DNA from: Lingula anatina
Lineage: Eukaryota; Animalia; Brachiopoda
Direction of reading: 5' to 3'
Assembly (NCBI GenBank): GCA_051362555.1
Contig: CM120648.1
Coordinates: 11,776,587 to 11,840,586, forward strand
Length of the DNA: 64,000 nt
Position numbers and translations under genes: made by a program. The notes beneath the pieces were generated by a model that worked only from the letters and a program-made list of their open reading frames with translations, did no database searches and was not told where the DNA came from. Below, in pieces: positions 1-12,310 of the stretch (the stretch's first letter is position 1; every line of letters begins with the position of its first letter).

Positions 1-615
1 GGACCCACAAATACCCATATTCAAGCTACACTAGGATCCCATCAATGACCCACAGTGGATGCATATTGTCCCCAGATGGGGATGCTAACACGGGAAAGGA
101 GGAATTGTAATGTGGGACTCAACAGTATGTGTATAATATTGTGAAATAGACAGACAGAGTTCTTTTCTATAAGTTCAAGAATGAAGATGCATTAACCATC
201 ACCTTAAAAAGCCAACCTATCTAACAGATATGTGATATCTTAATGAAACACACCCATTGGAAAGTGTACTTACAATCATGGCATTTCAGGAACTTAAACT
301 TTTTGATATCATTTTTTTTATTTATTGATTTTAAAGTTATGGCAGTCTCCATCATTGAAGGGATTTATTCTTAAAATGACCTATTTTTAAAAAACCTTGT
401 TTGGTTTCATTTTCTTATAACATGTAACAAACAAATAAATTCTTATACTAATAATTACATACTACTTAATCTTATACTGAAAAGTATAATTTAGATTACT
501 TAATGCTGAATGCTGATGAATTCGGGCATTTCACTTTACTTTGGAATTGATTTTATGTGAAAAACAGACACACTGTAAATAATTCCCATTTCTTCTCCAT
601 TGTTTGGTACCTTAC

Positions 616-733
616 CTGGGAAGTGGAATGTCTTGTTCATTAAGGCTAGGGATACGCTCCATGGGAAATGGGGAGAAAACATCGCCGTCCTCTTCATCAT
701 AGGTTTCGTACGATGTGTCGCTACCTCCATCAT
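616..733 (-). CDS. AFAP1-like coding exon 6
   Basis: tttatag/gtaag; DDGGSDTSYETYDEEDGDVFSPFPMERIPSLNEQDIPLP (a different frame from the ORF track). Confidence 0.85.
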
Positions 734-1601
734 CTATAAATAGACAGAATTCTTTATTATTATACAACACATGTCCTTATATTCTTTTTGTATACTGTAT
801 AATCATTCATTTACATTTTTAGGTAATATAAGCTATTTGTATATTTTTTTTTCATACTTAGGTCATTTCTTCATTTTATTTAGTTCCACGAGTGTATTGT
901 CCACTTATGATTTATCTAAATGGATTTATGTTCTTTAAATCTTTTTGTATAAATGTTCATTTATATCTCATGTGTAATCGAGGCACTTCAATATAATTGC
1001 TCATTTATATTCATGATAAATTGGAATTTAATTTCTCATTTTTTGCATCATTACTTATTCATACTTATGCATTTTCATTTGATTTGATGCAGTGCAAATG
1101 CATTTTCTAAAATTATCTTCCTCATGCTTATTAAATTAAGACAACTACAATATTATCATATAAGTTAACTGAGCCTCTGCATAATTCATCGAAATAAATA
1201 TTTAATAGCAAAAGAAAAATATATTCATATTCTGGCAAAAATTCTAGAACTTATGTTGGTCTTGACATCTCAATAGATAATATAATTCCCTATCAGCTTT
1301 AACCCCATAAACATGTCATTTTAGTGGTAACAGGTTATAACATGGACAGTTTCATCCTTTGGTTCATCTAAGATCTTATCAGAAATAAATGCCTAGCACA
1401 ACTTAAAATAAAATTCTGACACTGCCTTGGTTAACCTCAGCACAGTTAAACAAAGTCATGAATGCAGCCACTTGTGTCAATGTGTTACAAATTGTAGTTC
1501 CTAAAACTTATCTACATGATCTTAGTCTGAACAAGGTCAATCATTTCTTGACAAAAAGAGATAAGTAATTCATACTCACTGTATGCATGTTAAACCACAT
1601 A

Positions 1602-1647
<46 letters not shown>

Positions 1648-2154
1648 TTTGTTTTTGCCAAATAATAATTTCAGCATATCAGGGCAACATAAATAAGAGA
1701 AATACAAATTGGAACCTGAAGGCTACTTGGATGCCTCTCTCCCCCTTTCCTTCTCTTAAGTCAGATTCAATCTTGCATGCAAAGAATTTTCATTTACAAG
1801 ATAGATTATGGATACAGTTCTTTGGCTAATTTTTCTTTTTAGAGTGGATGCAAGTCAGCATGTAGCCCACATGTGTTTCTCTACTCAAAGTGAGCGAACA
1901 ATACGTCTGAAGATGTGGGCATATGGGTATGTGTGTGCCTGCAAGCGTAGACACAGGCACAGGTGTGTTTCTACACACGTATTTCAAGAGATATCCTACC
2001 TGTCTGGTCTAGCCCCTCCTCTCTCTGCAGAGGTTCCTCGTACAGATCTTCCTCAAGTCCGCCTCCATGGAGTGAGCCATTGGTACGAGGGAGGTCACTA
2101 GAGAACAAAGATCACATAGATTACAGCTTCAGCTTGAAAATGCATACAGCAAAA

Positions 2155-2201
<47 letters not shown>

Positions 2202-5200
2202 AAGAGGGTGTTGACCATCATGATGTAGGCATATATTTTTGGAGAATATGACCTGAATATGACACAGCCCTACATCCACACCCCTCCGTAAAAAAAATAA
2301 TAATAATAATAAATAAATAATTAATTAATAAAATAAAATAAATAAAACAGTGACAGAACATTTATAATAGAAATTCACTTAAATAATAAGGATTGCAGGA
2401 CAAAAATTTGCTTATTTTTCTCAATCTGCCTAAAATCCATTTTATGTTACATTATTTCATCTCTTTTTCAGTGTTTGGTTATCAAACCATGCATCCATAT
2501 GATATAATATTAATATAAATAATAGCAAAGTCACTGAATCATATTACAAACATGGCTGTCTGATTTAATCATGACAAAAGCCAATAAATACCGCCCACCA
2601 ATAAAAAGTTCATACTGTAGGGGCTTCAAAAGCGTGTATCTTTCAATTAAGTCGTTCTGGCCACTCCGAAATGTTTACATTGTATTCTATGGATGGCAAC
2701 TTGTGAGTGTTCAAAGACTATATGGGGGTTGACTGTTAAATGGGAGTTCGCTATCTTTATTGTCGTAATTGGTTGGCCATACATGCTTGTCACATTTAAC
2801 AACCCTCCTCCAGTATCTTAATCTCTTAATCTCTCATTTTCAGGTTGAAAGAGTCAGAGAAACATTTCTGAGTTTTAAGCTGCAAAGTCTGAGGATCACT
2901 CATAAAAATGTACTGCAGATTGCTGAAATCAATTTTTGTTGTATCAAAATATTGCAAAGGTTTGGTGCAAATTTCGTCAACAGGACACACTAATTTATAA
3001 AAAAAAAGGTAATTTTAAGTTTTATATGGCATGTAATTAGATTTATATAAGATGAATGAGTTTGCTTTAATTGAGAATAAGATTGCTGTGTCTTGTCATG
3101 ACATCAAATGTGACAGAATCCCATGTATGGCACTGTGTTAGATGTGACATTGTGTTAGATATGACAATGTGTTAGGTGTGCCAGTGTGTTAAACATGAGT
3201 GTGCTGGGTGTGACAGTATTCTCTGTGAGATCACTTACTCAGCATCTAAGTCATCATATAGCCCAACACTTTCTGCATCACTATACTGAAAGAAGAAAAG
3301 AAAACATCTTCCAAAATAAATCCTGACAAAGAGTCCATAGAAAAAAAAAAAACTAAAAGGTAACAATTATGTGTTATTTCAAATGGCTTAAATTTTAGAC
3401 AATCTGATTTAGCAAGTTTTGTTACAAGTCCAGTCTAAACTACTTCATAAGAAGATCTATTTATTGTACACACTTAAAAGTGAACCTGGACATATTATAG
3501 CAAACCAGTCAAAAATATAGGGATATTTTCTTCCCAGAAAAAGGTAACTTAGGCATCACATGAATCTATTGTGCTTACTGGGTTTTCATCTTCCTTTTCC
3601 TTCGCTTTTCGAGTTGAAGCTCTGGAAATCTGTCGTTGTTTCTCTATAAAATCTTCCTGTTCTGGCTCAGGAGGCGGAGGGACTTCAGGAGGTTTGGGTG
3701 GAGCTCTATGGAGGCCTGAAAAATAACAATAGACAATAAATTTATCATAATATATTGCAAGAAGAAAAATGGAAGCTGTAGGCCTTATAAACAGCGTTTA
3801 CTAACACTACCCACAGATCTCTTAGCACTAACGCCCATATCAATCACAAATCCCATGAATTAACCAACACACCATTCAATCATTTAGCACCAACAAAGCG
3901 ATGCCTAACACTAACATTCATCTGCTCTGGTAGTGCTGGTGAATTTGTGGATTAGGTGGTTAGTATGTGTGTCAGTACTAAAAGATCTGCGGGTAGTGTT
4001 AGTAAATGCCTAATCCATTTATAAAACCTGAGCTGGAGACACAGTCATCTCATGACAACCGTGGCCTCTGAAAATATTACAACTGATGAAGACCCGTAGC
4101 CTGGGTCTCAAAACCAGCATAAACCAGCTTTTTTATTTTAGTATTTCCTTGAGTGCTGCTTGTCATGTGTGAACTTCAGCAGTATTTTTGACTAAAATTC
4201 ACTGGATCAATCATAAATGTTAGACGAGTATATCAACTGCACCATGCACACTTCTGTGAGAGCCATAAATCATAACGGCAGGATACAGTGTGGTGAACAC
4301 CAATCCAACCCACCACTGTTGGTTGGAGTCCACAAAATGTGAAAATATTGAGAATAAAAAATAAAGAAGTTGGCATTGGCCTGAAGTTCAACGTACAAAC
4401 TTCCAAACCAGACCACTTTTTTTGCTGAATATCTACAATATCTACTAGAAATTCTTTCAACTTCAATCCTAGAATATGAGTTAAGTATAAACAAAGGACC
4501 ACACAATACCACACTCAAAGCCCACTGATAGAGTAAAGTAGATTTGTCAAGTATTCTGAAAAATTTATTCTCCTTGAAAGAATTACTTGCTCCATAACGG
4601 AGACAAATAGAGGTTCTTGGTATGAAGTGCTTGTGCTTTAGTACTCTTTGTCAAGAATTCACTGAGTGCAGACGAATTGTGCAGAAATATATCGATTTCA
4701 GGGCAATTTACATTAAAAAATCATATATATTTTCAATACTGAATACTATGAGTACAAAGAAGACACTGTGCTTGATAAACTGGTTTTGAAAAGAATAATT
4801 CATTTTTTTAATATGTATTTCTGGTCCCTATGCAGCTGCCTATAGTCAGAGTAATCTGCACGCCTTAAGTGGAAAAACTGGTGAAAAAATTCTATACTCT
4901 ATTAGAATAATTCAAAACAAAAAATAAAAACAAGGCAGCAAAGCTGTCAAATGTACAGACAAAAAGCAGACAATAACAATGCACAAAATAGGCTTAGTAC
5001 TGTTAATTCTGATGCAAAAGTACATTATGCTTAACTGCAAATTCAACATCAAATTTTAATTATGCTCAACAGGTAATACCCATGTAAGTAAAATGTGTAA
5101 CAAGCATAAGGCTTCAGGCCCATGGGTGTTCAAGTTCACACTTTGAAAATGCCAGAATGAGAAAAATGAAAATTTCACACAAAACTGCATAACTTCAATA

Positions 5201-8200
5201 ATAAATGATAACCCAACTGAGCTGGCTTTCTAATTTGAACTGCATGCCAATCCTAAAAATCATACTTGTAAGTTAAAAATAATAATAAGTAACACAGTTT
5301 TCTTTTCATAATCTTAGTAGTAGCAGTGCAAAAAGATTTTTGTCAATTTTGATGTAACATTACATAATAAATTACAGAATAATTATCATCATTTTTTGAT
5401 TATTGACTATAAATAGGATGGACATGTAGAAAATATGATTACCATTCTGATTCATGTCCATGGGAGCTCTGAGTCCCACAATGAATATGCCAACACGATA
5501 AAAATTAATATTTCACTTAAATGTATAACTTCCAGAAAAAGAAGCCAATTAGACTGCTTTTCCAACTCAGGGTGCATTTTAGTCCTGTGTTTCTTTTTTG
5601 AAAGTTTGACAATCATAAGTAATACTGTTTTTCCATAATGGTCATCATAGCAGCATCACCAAAAATTGTGTTTTCTTCTATTTTGATGCAATGTTACATA
5701 ATGCTTAACAGCATAATGACCATCAATTTTTAATAATAAAATATACGTATCATGGATTTTCAGAAAATGTGACTAGCATGGCTCTTCAAGCCCGTGGAGG
5801 TTCTAAGTCACACCTTGAAAACGGCAATATGTGAAAAATTAAATTTTCACAAAAAATGTTTAACTGCCATAAAAATTTACCAAACAGACTGCATTGCCTA
5901 CTGAAGCTGTATTTTAGTCCCATGTTTCTTTCCTGTTAGTTTGAGAACAGTAAGTGACATGGTTTTTCTTAAATGGTCATCATGGGAGCAGTGCCCAAAA
6001 TAGGGGTTTCTTCAAATTTTGATCCAATATTACATAATGTTTTACAGCATAATGACCATCCATTTTTCATAATAAATTATACCTGTCATGGATTTTAAGA
6101 AAATGTGACTAGCATGGGTCTTCAAGCCCGTGGAGGTTCTAAATCACACCTTGGAAATGCCAATAAGTAAAAAATTAAATTTTCACAAAAAACTGTTTAA
6201 TTGCCAGAAAAATTTACCAAACAGACTGCATTGTCTACTGAAGCTGTATTTTAGACCCATGTTTCTTTCCTGTAAGTTTGAGAACAGTAATTGACATGAT
6301 TTTCCTTAAATGGTCATCATGGGAGCAGTGCCCAAAATAGGGGTTTCTTCAAATTTTGATGCAACATTACATAATGTTTTGCAGCATAATGACCATCAAT
6401 TTTTAATTATAAAATATTAGTATCATGGTTATTCAGAAAATGTGACTAGCAAAAGTCTTCAGGCCCATGGAACTTTTAAGTCACATATTGAAAATGCCAA
6501 AATGTAAACAAGACAGCACTGTTCTGAAATGGGTTTATTTCCATTTTTAACACTATTTTAACATAAAACAAAATAAACAGTTTACTGCCATTTTTATATG
6601 ACCAATGAAGAAAATTGATGAGATGGGAAAAGTATCAATAGAACAGTGTTAAATGTCCAACTTCCTCCATTCTGAGATTCTGAACATAGTGGATGAATGC
6701 ATCTGACAAACTGCAATGATATGAGTTTATTTCCATTTTTGACACTTTATTACACAATACACGATAACAAGTTTACCATCATTTTTACATAATCAGCTAA
6801 AAATGTTGTAAAGATGCAGGAAATATCAAACAAACACTTTTACATATCTTATTAGTTCAATTATGAGACTGTTAACATGCCTAAGAATTGAATCTGTGGA
6901 ATTGTGAAAAAACAGCATAACTCCTAAAATAATGGCCCGATTATACTGATTTTTGAACTCAACCTGCACTTTAGCAAGACTGACCACTCCTGTGAGTACA
7001 ATGACAATTGGCCGATCTGTTTTTCTTATATTGTGTTTACGGTGTTGCATATATGCTGAAAAAAGTGAAAAAAAAGCATAACTTCCCTAAAAATTACCCG
7101 ATCATGCTGATTTTCGAACTTGACCGGCGAATTATGAATATTCATCAGTTCTGTAAGTTTCAAACCAAAATGTAATACAGTTTTTCACTTACCGTGTTAC
7201 GGTGTTGCATATATGCTGAAAAAAGTGAAAAAAAAGCATAACTTCCCTAAAAATTACCCGATCATGCTGATTTTCGAACTTAACCGGCGTATTATGAATA
7301 TTCATCAGTACTGTAAGTTTCAAGCCAAAATGTAATACAGTTTTTCACTTATCGTGTTTACGGTGTTGCATATATGCTGAACAAGACAGCACTGTTCTGA
7401 AATGGGTTTATTTCCATTTTTAACACTTTTTTAACATAAAACAAAATAAACATTTTACTGCCATTTTTATATGACCAACTAAAAAAATTGATGAAATGGG
7501 AAAAGTATCAATAGAACAGTGTTAAATGTCCAATTTCCTCCATTCTGAGATTCTGAACATAGTGGATGATTGAATCTGACAAACTGCAATGATATGAGTT
7601 TATTTCCATTTTTGACACTTTATTACACAATACATGATAACAAGTTTACCATGTTTTTTACATAATCAACTAACAATGTTGTAAAGATGCAGGAAATGTC
7701 AAACAAACACTTTTAGGTATCTTATTAGTTAAATAATGAGACTGTTAACATGCTTAAGAATTGAATCTGAGGAAATGTGAAAAAAAAACAGTATAACTTC
7801 TAAAATAATGGCCCGATTATGCTGATTTTCGAACTCAACCTGCGTTTTAGTAAGATTGACCACTCCTGTGAGTATAATTACAATTAGCCAATCCGTTTTT
7901 CTTATATTGTGTTATCAGTGTTGCATTTATATTGAAAATAGTGAAAAAACAGCATAAATTCCCTCAAAATAGCCCAATCATGCTGATTTTCGAACTTGAC
8001 CTGCGTATTATGAATATTCATCAGTTCTGTAAGTTTCAAGTCAAATGGTAAAATGGTTTTCCACTTATCGTGTTATCGGTGCTGCATATATGCTGAAAAA
8101 AGTGAAAAAACAGCATAAATTCCCTAAAAGTGACCCGATCATGCTGATTTTCGAACTTGACCTGCATATTATGAATATTCATCAGTTCTGTAAGTTTCAA

Positions 8201-10192
8201 GTCAAAAGGTAAAATGGTTTTCCACTTATCGTGTTATCGGTGCTGCATATATGCTGAAAAAGTGAAAAAACTGCATAAATTCCCTAAGAGTGACCCGATC
8301 ATGCTGATTTTCGAACTTGACCTGCGTATAATGAATATTCATCAGTTCTGCAAGTTTCAAATCAAAAGGCAAAATGGTTTTCCACTTATCGTGTTATCGG
8401 TAAAAGTGCACGGCGACGGCGACGGCGACGACTGTGACGACGGCGACGACAGACGCAGATGATGGCTATATGTACAGACACATCTGTGTCTGTACATAAA
8501 AATGTATGTTTTACAAATGCATTTACTCTGATACAGAAAGAAAAACTCAGTCTTATAACCCACAATTAGTAAAGACCAATGAGCATGGCAATAAGAATCA
8601 ATGGAAGCCATTGTCTGAAGGGAAGACATTCTGTAAATGTTAACTCCTTTGGCCGTCTGTCTCTCAGCCAGTTTTGGTTCTTACTCACACAGAAGACAGA
8701 ACAATGGCTAAGACCATTCTTTTCATTACATCATCAGTAATTACTACTACTGTGATTCTGCCAACCATCTGTGGTTATTTTTTTGATCCAAACAATACCA
8801 TAAATCAACATCAAACAAGGTTCCCACAGACAATGGATGTCTTAATATTGGATTAGTTCTGATTGGTTCTTGCATTGATGTGGTTTTCACTGCCATATCT
8901 CATTTTTTTGTGAAACAGTAATTGGTTCAGTTCCAAAGTATATTGTAGTAGAAACCATTTATAATTTGACTGTTATTAGTGTTGAGTCAATGGTGCAAGA
9001 CCCCTTATATCATTCCTGTCATCCTGAGCCGAAGCAAGAAATTGCAGAGCACTGCAAGAGCTAGCACAGACCTCCTCAAAGAAGAGAGGCAATACAAGAT
9101 TGCATTCAGAACTATGGAATAGCAGATCTGCAGATCAAATATGACTGACCCACTCGAATGCTTGTTGTGTACTCCCCATAGGGAATCTATTCAGTGTCTT
9201 TTTGGGAGTTAAAGCGCAAGTTTTTTAAGTGGGTCGCCATATTTCATACGCAGATCGCAGCTAGTCTGCTGTTAAGAATGCGGTCCAAGATTCTTTAAAT
9301 ATACCCCTTTTAGATTAACCTTGTAATTATTTTTTCCTACACAACTATCTTGTCCTGAAAAATTCACCAAAATTTGGAAATAACTTATATTGAGATGTCT
9401 TACCCACTATCAAACAGACAAACCAACCCATAGAAATATAATATTTACTGACAGTTTACTGACAGAGGGAAAAATGTGACAAGAGAAGTCAGATATTTGA
9501 GGGAGTTGGTATCAGACTCTAACCCAGCTCCAAATGAGAGGTTATATCTTAAACTGTACTAGTACACACATCATGTTTTGGAACATGCAGAGAACCAGAC
9601 GCTTTGGGAGTATCCAAGCTATTCATGCGAACACATCCTAATGAGTGTTTGAGCCACAAGCAATCAATACTCTACTTAAGGGTTCTTTGTCTTATTCACT
9701 TGAGACATTCCATGCTGAGAACTGACACTTTTTTTTATACCAACAAGCATTTCAGTGATCATCTGCAGCTATGACAACCGAGCTATTCAATAACTCATAC
9801 TTGAGATCAGTACTATAAAAATTTATGCAATTGATGTTATGGCATATAATGACAACATTTCCACATCAAAACTGACTGAACAATTCTAATCCATTTGTCA
9901 GTCACATGCACATAAAAAAAAACTTGCAATTTCCCGTTTCTCTAACAGACAAAAATCACAATTAAAGTATTAGAAAATGCAGGACTTATGATTCAGGGTG
10001 AAAAACTTGCAATGAAATAAGCTGGAAGGTGTTTGAGTCATGCAGAGATACATATCTACCTTTTTTGTCAAGTATATCTTATTTAAATTCTACCACTTTG
10101 TCAAGTAAATCTTTCTAAAATTGTAATTTCAGAGCTAAATTAGTAACATAGGATGGGGGCCAGTCACTGAAGCATGTATAGAAAGGCACAGG

Positions 10193-10243
<51 letters not shown>

Positions 10244-12258
10244 AGGAATGCATTTTTCATAGTCTGCTTCAATCCTCTACTGTGTAAATGTTTCAGTCAC
10301 ATATTTTGTACTAAAGACTGACATATTTATAGATCTTGTTTCAAATTCTGCCATGATGCGATCAGTTATTAATCATAATTATTGAGGTTGATGACTGCCA
10401 TTGTTTTGAATCATCCACTATCAGGGCCCCCTTTGAAACTATTGTTTCACAAACAGGCATAGCAATCTAACTGTTACCAAAGAAACACTCAACTGATAAA
10501 TACCCACATTCAGGGCCAATATTTCAACTATTTGTTCCCAAATCATGTATAATGGCAGGTCATATTACTTAAGAGCCTGAATCCTGTGTTTTATCCATGT
10601 TCTGTGGCCCCATCTTATTCCACAGTGACAAAATCAAGAAGAAAGAAGAGTGATTTGATTGAGCATCGCCCCCTGGGGCTCACAACAATACTTTCATTCT
10701 GAAGATGGAGCAGACGACATCTGTGGGACAAAATGCAGAACCGTATTTACTTGAATTTTTCAATGTTTCCATTATTTTATTTTTCAAGACTTATCAATTT
10801 TAGGTACTCGTAAAAAGTGCTGAAGTGATGAAGCGTTCTTATACTTCAAAACTTCTAAATCAATGTACTAGTAACATATAACACTGATTTGAATAATGTT
10901 ATTTACTTATCTTGTCCAAATTTCATAAACAATCACCGTAAATACTAATGTTTGATTAACTGCTGTTTCCTAATTTTATCTAGACACATTTGCAAGAAGA
11001 CTAGAAATCATTATGAAAGTTTCTTACTTCTAAAGTAAAAAAAAAAAAAAAAAAAAAACTGGTAAGATCAGCTAAGGATAATGTACTTCTGATTTTAATT
11101 GTACTGTACTGAATGTCACTTTTGTCTCCTAAAAGAAAAAAAATTTAAGTGTTGGGGAAAAAACAAAGAAAGTGGTGGTCTTCACGTGGTGATCCAAGGA
11201 CATACAAAATATTTCTACAGTGGAAATCTGCACTGATAGACAGTTGTGTCCTCCAAAAAAAATCTGAGAAGAAAGCACTAAGAGCAAAGTGGGAAGCTAG
11301 GGTATTTCAAGTGGATTTGAAAATTTTGCACTTACTACATGACGGGACACAAATATCACGAACATAATGTTAATTCTGTATTAGTGCAGACCTATGGATC
11401 GCCCATCAACACTATGGATTGCCCATCAATGCCCCGAGGCATATGGTACTGGCTTTCATCCACCCAGCCGAAACTCTCCTTTACTGTAAATCCCTCCGAG
11501 ATTCAGAGTATCAACAGAGACTTCATGGGTGACAGTAGAAAAAACTCAAAATCCTGAAAAAGTAGCTAGCAATTTCCTATTGCATTAAGAGGATATGAAA
11601 ACTGCAACTTGCCAAGTTGGGGTGATCAAAAATTGTCTGAAACATCCACACTAGTCCTGAAAATTTAGTGTACTGTATGGAAGAGATATCTGTGCATCTC
11701 AAGAATATCTGGACATGAATGATGTTATTTTTGTACATCTTGGATGGAAAATGGATGAATCCACGGCATTTCACCATCTGTATCTGTCACGCCACCATAA
11801 CTCAACTTTTCAGTGGATTCTATGCAAAACAACAAAGAAGCTGTAGGTGAAAAATTATGGCCATGAAAAATACAAACAACCTTTAAACGTGATACGAGTC
11901 CAGGGTCCACTTGGTCAAAATATCTGGAGTCACACAGAACCAAAGGACCCTGGATACACTGAGGGTTCAAAAAAGGACAAATCTGGGTGGAAATAAAACT
12001 TTTAGAGGTTTTAACTTGATGACAGGACGCAAGGGGTCCCATTTATCAAGCTTACTGAACTTAAGTGACTACATTGTGGTACTTAACTGACAGCAGGATT
12101 TTATGTACAGAAATGTCTGAAAAGTAATAATTTTTATTGCATAACCCCAAAAGAAAAGTACAAATTGATAAAGAACTAAGTATCTCTCTCACTCACCCTC
12201 ACAAACACCAACACTAAGACATTTCAATAAATATGAACAGTGGAATCTGTATAGCAAT

Positions 12259-12310
<52 letters not shown>

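Noticed and set aside
1-90. Possible next AFAP1-like exon (minus strand ...LEYGYLWV, PH-like)
   Set aside because: All three frames after the best acceptor hit stops, and the remaining AG gives the wrong phase for exon 6
8540-8900. Coding-looking stretch next to HINE copy 1
   Set aside because: Stops in all minus-strand frames; no convincing splice sites or recognisable protein
10630-10745. Possible third Penelope/hammerhead relic (CTGAAGA...CAAAA after a P.G-like codon remnant)
   Set aside because: Stem II pairs poorly and the coding resemblance is too weak to support
11149-12042. Cluster of short ORFs on both strands
   Set aside because: No recognisable motifs or phase-compatible splice sites; probably decayed repeat DNA
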